Assembly: GCA_021404905.1 (NCBI GenBank)
Contig: QWHN01000001.1
Coordinates: 130,162-194,161 of the forward strand
Reading direction: 5' to 3'
Length of the DNA: 64,000 nucleotides
From: Candidatus Saccharibacteria bacterium CPR2
GTDB taxonomy: Bacteria; Patescibacteriota; Saccharimonadia; Saccharimonadales; QWHN01
Shown here: positions 44,888 to 55,289 of the stretch, one piece after another
How positions within the stretch are numbered: position 1 is the stretch's first letter
How the letters are laid out: every line of letters starts with the position of its first letter
Position numbers and translations under genes: made by a program
The notes under the pieces: model-generated
Database searches by the model: none
What the model saw: only the letters and a program-made list of their open reading frames with translations
Told to the model about the DNA's origin: nothing

Positions 44888-46885
44888 ATGAGCTCTGATA
44901 AAGCTAGTATAAGTATCCTTAGTAGACTAATGGAATTGGTTAAAAAGTTTGGAAAAAGCGTTTGGGTTTTTCCTGCACTTCTTCTTATAGTAGTAGTGGG
45001 ATTAACTTTATTTGAGGTTAACGGAAGCTCTATTGGCGCTTTTCGTAAAATTTTGTACGGGAATATTAGCGAGGATCCTTATTTAATAGCTAATGAAGCA
45101 AGACCTATCCGCTCAGATGAATGGCTCGTTAATACTCAGGAAACTATAGCCCAGTCTCAAAATGACTTTGTTCGAATCAACAAAAATATAGGTGAGGGGC
45201 AGGATATGTCCACGGTAGACGTTCCTTATAAAGACTGGAGCACGATATTTAAGCCGCATAACTTGGGTTTTCTTGTTCTGTCTCTAAACAAAGCATTCGC
45301 GCTTAAATGGTGGTTAATGGGCTATTTACTAATTATTAGTTGTTACTTTTTTGTTTTAGCTTTGCTGCCCAGAAAAAGACTATTGGCTAGCTTACTGGCT
45401 TTGTCTTTATTTTTTAGCACTTTTGTGCAGTGGTGGTATGCCTATGGAACAATCGGTCCACTTTATTATTCACTTTTTATTGCCGCAAGTATTATATATC
45501 TATGTCAGCAAGACAATAAAAAGAAAAAACTTTTTTGGTCAGTTTTGTTGGCTTATTTGATAACTTGTTTTGCTCTGGTACTTTACCCACCATTTCAGAT
45601 TGGCTGTGGCTTGGTTCTCGCTGCATTCTTAATAGGCTACGGGATACAAAATTACCCCAAATGGGGCAAGAAAAAATTCTTACAAAATACCCTATTTTTA
45701 ATGTCCGCCGGAATTGTTGGTTTGGCTATTGTTGGTTTATTTATATTTACGCGCCTGGAGGTTGTCAGAACCATTAACAACACTGCCTACCCAGGACAAC
45801 GTTCTGTGAATAGTGGCACATTTTTCCCGTTACACTTTATGTCCTCGCATCTTGGTTATCAATTTTTATCTGAAAAAAATACTGCTAAATACTTAATAGA
45901 TGACAAGAATCCTTCAAATCAAAGCGAAACGTCTAATTTCCTTCTTTTAATACCGTTTTTGATACTGCCGTCTTTATTTTTGATCTACCAAAGTTATAAA
46001 AATAATCGCAAAGTTGATTGGCCTCTTTTGGGACTTTTGGCATTATTTATAATCTTTTCATTACACCTTTTTGCCCCATCATTTACCCCACTAAATAAGT
46101 TTATTATGTTGAACAAAGTTGGCGACGCTCGCCTTTTGCTGGGCATGGGACTATTAAATTTTTTCGCAGTAACTTTATTTATCCATAATTACTCTAAAAC
46201 AAAGCGCACTCTACCATCTGTTCTAATCGTGATTTATTCTTTGAGTATATTAACTATCGAGTTGCTGCTAAGTCTACGCGCCTACCAAAATTTTGATGGT
46301 TTTATTTCTTTAAAAAGGGCTATTTTGTTTTCTTTGCCGCTGCCTTTAGTCACTTATCTTTTGCTTAAAAAGTATTTTGTGTGGGCGATAGGAGTTTATT
46401 TAGCTTTTTCGGTTTTCATATCAATTCATGTTAATCCCTTATACAAAGGCCTGGATGTGATAACTAAAGACCCTCTAAGTACTGCGGTAAAAGATTTGGG
46501 TATAAAATCCGACAAAAAATGGATAAGTGATGGCGGATATTTGGAAAATATTGCGTCTATTAATGGCGAACCGTCTATAGCAGGAACTTATTTATACCCT
46601 CAGTTTAACCTCTGGTCAAATATTCCTGGTGTGCAAGAATCTATTTATAACCGATATGCTCATGTTGGCTTTCAATTCCTCGATAATACTACTGGCCCTA
46701 CGCAATTGACTTTAGTTACCTACGATAGTTTTGTTGTCAAAACTCCGGTTTGCGGAGAGTATCTACAAAAACTAGATGTAGGTTTTGTAATCAGTTCTGC
46801 TGTATTAAAAAACACCTGTGCCAAATTACAAAAAACAATTTCTTATCCACTTAACACACTCTATGTGTATGAATTACAGTTCTAG
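44888..46885 (+). CDS. Large polytopic membrane protein, paralog 1 (possible GT-C-type glycosyltransferase/polymerase)
   Basis: 665 aa with 12 or more TM helices. It has a first-loop acidic motif IRSDEWLVNTQ, a conserved YPGQRSVNSG loop and a C-terminal soluble domain. Confidence 0.75.
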   Translation: MSSDKASISILSRLMELVKKFGKSVWVFPALLLIVVVGLTLFEVNGSSIGAFRKILYGNISEDPYLIANEARPIRSDEWLVNTQETIAQSQNDFVRINKNIGEGQDMSTVDVPYKDWSTIFKPHNLGFLVLSLNKAFALKWWLMGYLLIISCYFFVLALLPRKRLLASLLALSLFFSTFVQWWYAYGTIGPLYYSLFIAASIIYLCQQDNKKKKLFWSVLLAYLITCFALVLYPPFQIGCGLVLAAFLIGYGIQNYPKWGKKKFLQNTLFLMSAGIVGLAIVGLFIFTRLEVVRTINNTAYPGQRSVNSGTFFPLHFMSSHLGYQFLSEKNTAKYLIDDKNPSNQSETSNFLLLIPFLILPSLFLIYQSYKNNRKVDWPLLGLLALFIIFSLHLFAPSFTPLNKFIMLNKVGDARLLLGMGLLNFFAVTLFIHNYSKTKRTLPSVLIVIYSLSILTIELLLSLRAYQNFDGFISLKRAILFSLPLPLVTYLLLKKYFVWAIGVYLAFSVFISIHVNPLYKGLDVITKDPLSTAVKDLGIKSDKKWISDGGYLENIASINGEPSIAGTYLYPQFNLWSNIPGVQESIYNRYAHVGFQFLDNTTGPTQLTLVTYDSFVVKTPVCGEYLQKLDVGFVISSAVLKNTCAKLQKTISYPLNTLYVYELQF

Positions 46886-48875
46886 GGTAGCTAAAAAATT
46901 AAGCGCTATAAAAAATCTAAAAGACAGTATTTGGCTGTTCCCAGTAATTATGGCTATTCTACTTATACTCCTTACTGTCTTTCGAATTAGTGGCAGCTCT
47001 ATTGGAACCTACCATAAAGTTTTCTATGGCGGCGTAAAAGACCCACATTTATTATTCGGCATTCCTCGAGATATACGCTCAGATGAATGGCTTGTAGATA
47101 CCCAAATGACCATTGCTCAAAAAAATAACAGTTTCGAGGAAATCAATCAGAATATAGGCAATGGTGAAAATCTTTCTTTGCTGGCCGATGCTCCATATAA
47201 AGATTGGTCGGTGCTATTCAAGCCACATCTTTTAGCATATTTTGTTTTACCCTTCGATAATGCTTTCGCCTTTAGATGGTGGTTTATGGCGTATTTATTG
47301 ATTATGAGTTGTTATTTTCTGGTTCTAGAAATTTTGCCTGGCAGACGACTCTTCGCCAGTTTAATTTCTCTGGCGTTCTTTTTGAGTCCTTTCATTCAGT
47401 GGTGGTATCTATTTGGAACATTGGGTGTAATTTACTATAGCTTGCTTGGAGTCGTAGTATTTTTGAAGCTAATAAAAGAAAAGGGGTTAACAAAAAGAAT
47501 TTTTTGGGGCCTAGCGTTGTCATATTTGGCGACTTGTTTTGTTTTGGTGCTTTATCCCCCGTTTCAAATACCTTGCGCCATTGCAGTTTTGGTTTTTGTT
47601 GCAGGTTACTTAATTGAAAAATTCAAAGGCATACCCCGACGTATTATTTTTCAAAAATTTTCTATTATTGTTGGTTCTTTGGTAGTTGCAGGTTTTATAT
47701 CATTTACTTTTGTGCGCTCAAGACAAGACATAATAAATACGGTCCAAAACACAGCCTATCCAGGTAATCGCATAGTAAAAAGTGGGGGCTTTGATGCGCC
47801 CCACTTATTCTCTAGTCATCTTGGGGCACAGTTTCAGTTTGAGTCTAAATCTAAGAACCATTCATTGCCAAAAGTTGGTTTAACAAACCAAAGTGAGAGT
47901 TCAAATTTTATTTTACTACTGCCCTTTTTGTTGTTGCCAAGTCTATATTTAGTTTATAAGTATCGCAGCAAGGAAGGTCGTCTAGATTGGCCTCTAATAC
48001 TTATGCACTTGGCTTTTTTATTCTTGCTAGCCTGGCTATTTGTTCCAAATTTAGATTTTCTTGGCAACCTAACACTGTTAAAAATCGTTCCTCATCAGAG
48101 ACTGCTGATTGGCCTTGGAATATTAAACATCCTGCAGCTGATACTTTTTGTGCGACGTTATGAAAGTTTTAAGTCAGCCATAATAAGGAAAAATTGGATT
48201 ATATTTTACGTGCTTATCGTATTTTTCATTGAAGTCGTTTTGGGGTTATACGCTCATTACAAATTCCCGGGGTTTATTAGTATAGGACGTATTTTAATAT
48301 TTTCACTGCCGATTCCTTTATTAATTTACTGTCTTTTTCAGAAAAAGCTGGTGTTGGCTGGTGGAATATTTTTGGTTTTTTCACTTATGATGACTTTTCG
48401 TATCAATCCAATCTATCAGGGCACGGATATTATAACCAATGGGCAACTATCTAAAAAAATACAAGAAATTGGCGCAAATGATAATTATGTTTGGGCAACG
48501 GATCAATTATTGCTTGAAAACTTTGCTGCCATGAACAATGAACGTTCATTGTCGGGTGTATACACTTACCCTCAAATGAAAATATGGCAGACAGCAGATC
48601 CCGAAGCGGATCAGGATATTTATAATCGATATGCCCATATTGTGTTTAGTTTTGATCGCGACTTAGCAACCAACATACCGACGCGTTTATCGCTTGTAAA
48701 CGGAGCGAGTCTTAATGTTAACACAGAGCCATGCAGCCAATTTTTAAAGGACTACGGGGTGCGTTATTTACTTAGCTCATCCACACTAAACCCGGCAGAA
48801 AAGTGTTTATCACTTATAGATCAAGTTGATTATCCAAATCAAAGATTCTATATTTACCAACTTAGTTTCAATTAA
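46818..48875 (+). CDS. Large polytopic membrane protein, paralog 2
   Basis: Collinear with paralog 1: IRSDEWLVDTQ, PYKDWSVLFKPH, FIQWWY, YPGNRIVKSGG, NRYAHIVF. By eye, roughly half the residues are identical in the best blocks. The likely start is ATG 46869 (MNYSSRV). Confidence 0.75.
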   Translation: MPNYKKQFLIHLTHSMCMNYSSRVAKKLSAIKNLKDSIWLFPVIMAILLILLTVFRISGSSIGTYHKVFYGGVKDPHLLFGIPRDIRSDEWLVDTQMTIAQKNNSFEEINQNIGNGENLSLLADAPYKDWSVLFKPHLLAYFVLPFDNAFAFRWWFMAYLLIMSCYFLVLEILPGRRLFASLISLAFFLSPFIQWWYLFGTLGVIYYSLLGVVVFLKLIKEKGLTKRIFWGLALSYLATCFVLVLYPPFQIPCAIAVLVFVAGYLIEKFKGIPRRIIFQKFSIIVGSLVVAGFISFTFVRSRQDIINTVQNTAYPGNRIVKSGGFDAPHLFSSHLGAQFQFESKSKNHSLPKVGLTNQSESSNFILLLPFLLLPSLYLVYKYRSKEGRLDWPLILMHLAFLFLLAWLFVPNLDFLGNLTLLKIVPHQRLLIGLGILNILQLILFVRRYESFKSAIIRKNWIIFYVLIVFFIEVVLGLYAHYKFPGFISIGRILIFSLPIPLLIYCLFQKKLVLAGGIFLVFSLMMTFRINPIYQGTDIITNGQLSKKIQEIGANDNYVWATDQLLLENFAAMNNERSLSGVYTYPQMKIWQTADPEADQDIYNRYAHIVFSFDRDLATNIPTRLSLVNGASLNVNTEPCSQFLKDYGVRYLLSSSTLNPAEKCLSLIDQVDYPNQRFYIYQLSFN

Positions 48876-48981
48876 TATAAATGGACATGTGCCGACAAAG
48901 CGGGGTTACCCCTTAACATGTACTTGACAAAACGCTTATATTAAATTATTGTAGAATTAGTTGTTAACTTAACACAAAAAT

Positions 48982-49584
48982 ATGAAAAAATTTCAATCAA
49001 ATCGAGCCTTACACTCAAGAAGACCTTACAAAAAGTTAACCATCTCTGTTTTGGCTATTGTTGTAGTTGCTGGCAGTTTAATTATTTTAGATGCTTTTAA
49101 TGTTTTGGACTTACCCTTTTTCAAAGATAAGATTAAGGTCCAAGAATCAACCAATACCAACAATGGTATAAATTATGGTCCTCCTACCGAAGAAGAAAAG
49201 AAAGAGACTGAAGCATTCAAAGAAAGTCAGGGTTCAGGCAATGACAGCCCATCAATAACCCCGTCAGTGCCGGGGCAAATAAAAACCGTAACGCCCGTCA
49301 TTACAAGCTGGGGGCAAAATCCTCAAACAAAAGATGTTGAGGTTAGTGGTTTTGTCCCTGGGGTTATAGAAAATGGTGGCTCTTGCACTGTGACACTAGA
49401 AAAAGACGGGCAAAAGGTCACTAAATCTGCTACTGGAACTGCCAATGCTCAAAATGTTAGTTGTGGGTTGATAACAATTCCTTTTAGCGAAATCAGTGCA
49501 GGAACTTGGAATATACTTTTGTCATATAGTTCTTCAACAGCAAGTGGTAGTTCATCACAAAATGTAAGTCTAGAGGTACAATAA
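48982..49584 (+). CDS. Membrane-anchored extracytoplasmic protein, hypothetical (beta-sandwich-like C-terminus)
   Basis: 200 aa. N-terminal anchor LTISVLAIVVVAGSLIIL, then a low-complexity linker. Confidence 0.6.
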   Translation: MKKFQSNRALHSRRPYKKLTISVLAIVVVAGSLIILDAFNVLDLPFFKDKIKVQESTNTNNGINYGPPTEEEKKETEAFKESQGSGNDSPSITPSVPGQIKTVTPVITSWGQNPQTKDVEVSGFVPGVIENGGSCTVTLEKDGQKVTKSATGTANAQNVSCGLITIPFSEISAGTWNILLSYSSSTASGSSSQNVSLEVQ

Positions 49585-49588
49585 AGAT

Positions 49589-51313
49589 ATGTTTAAGCGT
49601 TTTCACTACCTGATTGCAGCTTTGATAGTAAACATAGCGCTGTTTGTTTCCTTCACACAAGTCAACGCAGTTTCAGGCAGTGAATTTCAAGCTGGTCGAA
49701 TTATAGATGATAGCAAGTTTTTTAGCGGACCTACTATGTCTGTAAATGACATTCAGCTTTTCTTAAATGCGAAAGTGCCCGTATGTGACACGTGGGGCAC
49801 TCAGCCATATGCGGGCACAACTAGAGCAGCATACGCGGCGAGCCGTGGTGTATCAACACCTTTTATTTGTCTAAAAGACTATCACATGAGTATACCCTAT
49901 AAGGCACCTGAATCCGGGCTTTGTAACGGCATAACCGCGTCCGGAGCATTCGCTTCTGAAGTGATTTCTTGGGTAGCTCAAAGTTGCGGTATAAACCCAC
50001 AAGTATTGATAGTTCTTCTTCAAAAAGAACAGTCACTAATAACTGATGACTGGCCATGGCCAATACAATACCGTAGTGCTACGGGATACGGTTGCCCAGA
50101 TGGTGCTCCGTGTGACGAAGAATATTACGGTTTTTTCAACCAAGTTTATAATGCTGCCAGGCAATTCAAACGATATGGTAGAGATTCTTACTTATTTAAT
50201 TATCATGCAAACGCGAATAATTATATTCAATACAACCCAAACGCTGGATGTGGTGGATCAGTAGTGTATATACAAAATCAAGCAACCGCAGGTCTTTATA
50301 ATTACACGCCCTACCAACCAAATGCTGCGGCATTAAACAACTTATATGGTACGGGTGATGGCTGTAGCGCCTATGGTAATCGTAACTTCTGGCGTATTTT
50401 TAACGATTGGTTTGGCAGTACATTTGGTCCTCCAGATTACTCTTGTAAAAACAGTGTTAATGTAAGTGGAGCATCAACCGGTGAAAAAGTCATTCCAAAC
50501 CAATTTAATCATTCAGGTTACGCGACTTTTTCTCTAGTTCTTCCCAATAATACTGGCTCGGCATGTATGGAAGCACATACTTGGCATCCTAACCTACAAT
50601 CGTGGATTACGAATGTTGCCACAAATCACCCCTCTGTAAACCCGGCAGATGGCGAAGTAGTATCTGCTAATGTGCATGGCAGTACAAAATCTGAGCTCAA
50701 CTTCATCAAATACCGCAACACTGGCAGTGGACGCATTGAAATACACACGTGGGACGATTCATATCAAAGATGGGTTTACAATATTGCCACAAATCATCCG
50801 GCTATTGATCCCGCAGACGGTGAAGTAATTGCTGGAGATATGACGGGCGACGGACGTGACGAATTAATCTTCATCAAATACCGCAACACTGGCAGTGGAC
50901 GCATTGAAATACACACGTGGACGCCAGATAAACAAGGTTGGATTTCCAATGTTGCTACTAATTTACCGGCTATTGATCCCGCAGACGGACGAGTCATAGC
51001 AGCCAATCTTTATGGCGATAATCGTGACGAATTAATCTTCATCAAATACCGCAACACTGGCAGTGGACGCATTGAAATACACACGTGGGCTCCTGGTCAA
51101 CAAACATGGCTCAGCAATGTTGCGACTAATCATACAACGGTGAGTACCGATGATAATGAAGTTATATCTGCCAATATATTCGACAATGAAGCCGATGAAT
51201 TAATCTTCATCAAATACCGCAACACTGGCAGTGGACGCATTGAAATACACACGTGGGCTCCTGGTCAACAAACATGGCTCATGAATGCAGTTACAAACAT
51301 GAGTAGCTTTTAA
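49589..51313 (+). CDS. Secreted protein: N-terminal putative cell-wall/glycan-binding or hydrolase-like domain plus five FG-GAP/propeller-like 56-aa repeats
   Basis: Signal-like N-terminus. INPQVLIVLLQKEQSLITD resembles lysin/glucosaminidase-associated segments (weak). The C-terminal repeats end in ELIFIKYRNTGSGRIEIHTW. Confidence 0.7.
   Translation: MFKRFHYLIAALIVNIALFVSFTQVNAVSGSEFQAGRIIDDSKFFSGPTMSVNDIQLFLNAKVPVCDTWGTQPYAGTTRAAYAASRGVSTPFICLKDYHMSIPYKAPESGLCNGITASGAFASEVISWVAQSCGINPQVLIVLLQKEQSLITDDWPWPIQYRSATGYGCPDGAPCDEEYYGFFNQVYNAARQFKRYGRDSYLFNYHANANNYIQYNPNAGCGGSVVYIQNQATAGLYNYTPYQPNAAALNNLYGTGDGCSAYGNRNFWRIFNDWFGSTFGPPDYSCKNSVNVSGASTGEKVIPNQFNHSGYATFSLVLPNNTGSACMEAHTWHPNLQSWITNVATNHPSVNPADGEVVSANVHGSTKSELNFIKYRNTGSGRIEIHTWDDSYQRWVYNIATNHPAIDPADGEVIAGDMTGDGRDELIFIKYRNTGSGRIEIHTWTPDKQGWISNVATNLPAIDPADGRVIAANLYGDNRDELIFIKYRNTGSGRIEIHTWAPGQQTWLSNVATNHTTVSTDDNEVISANIFDNEADELIFIKYRNTGSGRIEIHTWAPGQQTWLMNAVTNMSSF
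50701..51280 (+). repeat. Intragenic tandem repeat, period exactly 168 nt, with an identical 52-nt core in four copies
   Basis: CTTCATCAAATACCGCAACACTGGCAGTGGACGCATTGAAATACACACGTGG occurs at 50701, 50869, 51037 and 51205. Copies 3 and 4 additionally share GCTCCTGGTCAACAAACATGGCTC. Confidence 0.9.
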
Positions 51314-51317
51314 CAAA

Positions 51318-52319
51318 CTAATAGCCTCTTCTCATTAATGTCCAGAGATATCTTTCGTCTACTTGGGCACGCTTTCGCATTTTAATACGTTTTAAAGAGA
51401 AAACTGGTAATCTCAGTAGTCCAACTAATCGTCCTTTTATAACCTTGTAGCTGGCTGATTTTTTCCCAATCTTTCGCAGCGTTCTGATTGTATCGATGTC
51501 TCCACGAATGAGTTTTGGTAAGATGCGCAAGATCATCATAAAAGAGAAATTCTTAAATAACATACAGCTGTTATTGCGAAAAGTCATATATAACGAAAAC
51601 CCTGGGTTTTTACCTGAAGATGCTGAACCCATATGATATGCCCGTGCTCCAGGTACCAGATAGTTATCCCAGCTCAAAATCGTTGCACGTGCTGCAAGAT
51701 CTATATCTTCTAGGTACATGAACATAGCTTCGTCAAATATTTCCCTGCCAAATGGTTGGGACTCAATGAATGAACGACTTATCATACAAGCTGCCGCATT
51801 GACTCCAAATACTTTTTTCGGACCTTTCTCATTTGTCACGTAGTACCGCCAGTTGCCTTGTGTGCCCTGTCCATTATGAGATACAAAAATATGCGTTGAA
51901 TCAATTATTCGATGGTTGTAGTAATCTAGGGTTGTTCCTTGGAATAATGCGCCCTTGGGTTTTTGTTTTGCAAAATTAACCATTGTTTCAACCCACCTTT
52001 TTTCAACTCGCGCGTCAGAATTAAGCAAAACTACGTATTTCACGTCTGGATCGTTCAGAGCATCTTCGATACCAATATTATTGCCTTTAGCGAATCCTGT
52101 ATTTTCTGGTTGAGCTAAAATTTTAACTGATTGATAGTTTTCCTGCACCCACTGAACAGATCCGTCCGCTGATGCATTATCAACATAAATAGTTGTAATG
52201 TTGCTATAGGTTTGCTCTTCAATGGAATCAAAGCATTCAGTTAGTAAATCTTTGTTATTCCAGCCTACAATTATAAAAGCTACTTTTTCATTTTCGTTTT
52301 CAATCTTTGGCGCGCTCAT
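51318..52319 (-). CDS. Glycosyltransferase family 2 (rhamnosyltransferase-like)
   Basis: FIIVGWNNKDLL..VDNASADGS..ENTGFAKGNNIG. Confidence 0.85.
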   Translation of the reverse strand: MSAPKIENENEKVAFIIVGWNNKDLLTECFDSIEEQTYSNITTIYVDNASADGSVQWVQENYQSVKILAQPENTGFAKGNNIGIEDALNDPDVKYVVLLNSDARVEKRWVETMVNFAKQKPKGALFQGTTLDYYNHRIIDSTHIFVSHNGQGTQGNWRYYVTNEKGPKKVFGVNAAACMISRSFIESQPFGREIFDEAMFMYLEDIDLAARATILSWDNYLVPGARAYHMGSASSGKNPGFSLYMTFRNNSCMLFKNFSFMMILRILPKLIRGDIDTIRTLRKIGKKSASYKVIKGRLVGLLRLPVFSLKRIKMRKRAQVDERYLWTLMRRGY

Positions 52320-54018
52320 ATCCTTCTCCCCAATTATCTACGTGCATGGTAACTGTAGGCGTGTATTTAAAAAGCTGGACATTATGAAAATGATCTTCTC
52401 CGCACGGCTTTAGAACGCCTTTATATTTGAATGGTGTATGCGACCAAACTACAAAATTAATCTTGTTTTTCTCTAGATTATTAGAAGATGTAAAAGCTCT
52501 TAAACTGTTTGTCCTTGCATAATTATGACTCGATTCTAGCAATGAAGAAAAATTCTCATGACGAGTTGCAATAATGTTTGTACTTAAGTCTGAGACATTG
52601 CGCACCCATTCTGTGGATCCAAAATATGTATTTTTTCCAAATTTATAACTTTCAAAAATATGTTTAGGTGAATATTTAGAACCGACCATGCCCGCATCTA
52701 GAATAGTTCTATCATCGCTGAATATTATGGGTGCAACTACTGTGTTTTTGCTGCCCGCCGCTACAGCTGCTAAGTGCGACAATCCATTGGTATCCATAGT
52801 CGGTAGCGCAGCCATTTTAAAGCAAACTGCTACTGGTTTAGTTACTTTTTTGGCAGCAAGTTGCCAAAATTCACTAGAATTATTGTGTTCAATATATATA
52901 ACTTTTGCTCTATTTTTAATGTTGTCTGGGTGTAGTTCATACCAATTACCAATGATTATTTCAATTTTACTGAGTTTTACGCTCTTTATTAGATCTTTAA
53001 GCCACAATGCACATGCAGTTTGATTGGAACGCGATACTGGGCCAACTATTATTGAAAAGGGTGTTTCCTCGTATATTAATTTATACCATCCCGGACGATT
53101 ACTAATTGAGGAAACTTTTGCGTTAATATTATTGCGCTCTAAATGATCACTAATTGCTTTTATGCCTGCCTTAAATATGTAAGTTTTAGTAGATATATCG
53201 CTTGCTGTTGATGTCTCTGCTGCCCGCCAATGGTATAAAACTCGTGATATGTGATTTATGCTTGCATTCTCAGGTTTTGTATCTATAGCTCTTAGCAGTA
53301 GGTCATAATCTTGAGCACCATCGCATTGCGCCCTCAAGCCCCCCACTTGGTTCAATAATGTACGTTTCATAACCACAAGGTGGTTTATATAATTAACATT
53401 TCTTAGCAAATCAGGAGAAAATCCTGGTTTGCAATTAGGCTCAAAATAAAGAGTGTTGTCAGAATTAACCTTATCTTCATCCGTATAAATAATTTCTGGC
53501 TTATTTTCGGATTGAAGACGGTCAACAACCGCATGAATAGCACAAGGATGAAGCATATCATCGTGGTCCAGAAATGCAACGTATTCACCCGTGGCATGTT
53601 TTATACCGTAATTGGTATTTCCTGAAATTCCTTTGTTGCCACCAGGATCTACTACTTTTATGCGATTATCAATCTTTGCACATTCGTCTATGTTGTTTTT
53701 GGATCGTTTATTAGTGGATGCATTAACTAAAATAAGTTCCCAGTTATCATAATGTTGGTTCACTACGGAATAAACCATTTCCAGTAAATGAAACTGGTCT
53801 GTATTAAAGGCTGGGCAAACAATACTTACAACAGGTTTAAAATGCTGTTCTTTTTCAACAAAACACATTTCTTCATTTTGTGTTGCCCAACTATTATATG
53901 TTTCATCAGGCAGCAATTCTTTATACTTATCATAGTATTTTTTGAATAGCCTCATTAGCGGTTTTAAAGGCTTAATAGCAATTTTTACCAGTTTCATTAA
54001 GCGGGGATGTTTTTGCAT
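52300..54018 (-). CDS. Glycosyltransferase family 2 with a C-terminal extension of about 300 aa and unknown function
   Basis: VSIVCPAFNT...NWELILVNAS...FLDHDDML in the N-terminal half. The C-terminal half is unassigned. Confidence 0.8.
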   Translation of the reverse strand: MQKHPRLMKLVKIAIKPLKPLMRLFKKYYDKYKELLPDETYNSWATQNEEMCFVEKEQHFKPVVSIVCPAFNTDQFHLLEMVYSVVNQHYDNWELILVNASTNKRSKNNIDECAKIDNRIKVVDPGGNKGISGNTNYGIKHATGEYVAFLDHDDMLHPCAIHAVVDRLQSENKPEIIYTDEDKVNSDNTLYFEPNCKPGFSPDLLRNVNYINHLVVMKRTLLNQVGGLRAQCDGAQDYDLLLRAIDTKPENASINHISRVLYHWRAAETSTASDISTKTYIFKAGIKAISDHLERNNINAKVSSISNRPGWYKLIYEETPFSIIVGPVSRSNQTACALWLKDLIKSVKLSKIEIIIGNWYELHPDNIKNRAKVIYIEHNNSSEFWQLAAKKVTKPVAVCFKMAALPTMDTNGLSHLAAVAAGSKNTVVAPIIFSDDRTILDAGMVGSKYSPKHIFESYKFGKNTYFGSTEWVRNVSDLSTNIIATRHENFSSLLESSHNYARTNSLRAFTSSNNLEKNKINFVVWSHTPFKYKGVLKPCGEDHFHNVQLFKYTPTVTMHVDNWGEGYERAKD

Positions 54019-55289
54019 TATGTCTTTGTTTTATTTGATTTTTTATAAGTAACTGTGCTGCTGTGATGAGGGTGGGTTGTGGCATGTGCAAGTTTGTGTC
54101 CGCCGATCATAAATTTATGCATGTATTCAATGCGGTCATAAATAAGCGTAAATTCCTCATTTTCTATAGCACACGTAATAGTAAATTCTCCATCTGTGAA
54201 AACATTATCTACAATAGTTTCATAGATTATCTCGTCGCTCTTATTTACCGGCTGTGTTTGAGTATCTGTTATCCAGTTGTTTGTGGCAAATACTGTGATG
54301 TCCTGTTGGTCTTGAAATATAAAACCAAGAGAAGGGCGTGGAATTGTTTTATTAACCTTAAAGGATATTCTTACTCCTATTTTTTCATCTTGCATGAATG
54401 TATTCTGTGATTTTTTACTATCAACATTAAATGTTTCAACCAAGCTAATTTCGGCTTCTCCTGTCCCCTGCCGTTTTTGTTTTAATTTATCCTTTTTTTC
54501 TTGTGGTTGTTGTAGTCGTTTCTCAGCAAGCCTAAGATTTATATTTTCGTACATTTCAGCAATTTCGTTAGCACTACCAATCTTTTTTATTTTTCCTTTA
54601 TCAATAAGGGCTCCTTTTGAACAAAAGCGACGAACAGCTGACATATCATGAGTAACCAATATTACGGTTCTATTTTTTCGTTTTAAATTATAGAAGTAGT
54701 TATAGCATTTCTTTTGAAAATCAAGATCACCAACTGCTAATACTTCGTCTATCAACAAGATGTCGGAGCGTGCACGAATTGCAATTGAAAAAGCTAGACG
54801 CACTTGCATGCCCGAAGAATAATTTTTAAGTTTCTGGTCCATAAAGCGCCGCAATTCTGAAAAATCAACTATGTCATCATACATTCCTAACATTTCTTGG
54901 CGTGTAAATCCCAGTAGCGCTCCGTTTAGGAAAATGTTTTCTCGGCCAGTGAGTTCAGGATTAAACCCAACACCAAGTTCTATAAACGGAGTCAGGCTGC
55001 CGTTAACCGTAATTTCACCGCTGTTTGGTGTGTAAATTCTGGCTAAAAGCTTTAGTAATGTGCTTTTACCGCTACCATTACGTCCAATAATTCCGAAAAA
55101 CTCTCCTTTTTTAACGTCTAAGGATATGTCTTCTAGCACGCATTGTGTTTCAAATTCTCTGTGTTTAAATATGTTGATTACGGTATCCTTAATTGAGCTG
55201 CGTTTCTCGTGTGGCAGTTGAAAACTCTTGCTAACATTGCTGACTTTTATAGCTATCTCTTGGTCAGACATTTTATATATTCTCCGCAA
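54018..55289 (-). CDS. Polysaccharide ABC exporter ATP-binding protein (Wzt/TagH-type) with a C-terminal extension
   Basis: Walker A GRNGSGKSTLLK, signature YSSGMQVRL, Walker B LLIDEVL. A C-terminal beta-rich domain of about 170 aa fits a glycan-binding Wzt_C role. Confidence 0.88.
   Translation of the reverse strand: MRRIYKMSDQEIAIKVSNVSKSFQLPHEKRSSIKDTVINIFKHREFETQCVLEDISLDVKKGEFFGIIGRNGSGKSTLLKLLARIYTPNSGEITVNGSLTPFIELGVGFNPELTGRENIFLNGALLGFTRQEMLGMYDDIVDFSELRRFMDQKLKNYSSGMQVRLAFSIAIRARSDILLIDEVLAVGDLDFQKKCYNYFYNLKRKNRTVILVTHDMSAVRRFCSKGALIDKGKIKKIGSANEIAEMYENINLRLAEKRLQQPQEKKDKLKQKRQGTGEAEISLVETFNVDSKKSQNTFMQDEKIGVRISFKVNKTIPRPSLGFIFQDQQDITVFATNNWITDTQTQPVNKSDEIIYETIVDNVFTDGEFTITCAIENEEFTLIYDRIEYMHKFMIGGHKLAHATTHPHHSSTVTYKKSNKTKT

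Noticed and set aside
48902-48912. GGGG-TTA-CCCC hairpin after the second GT-C-like gene as an intrinsic terminator
   Set aside because: It is only a 4-bp stem and is not followed by a T-run.
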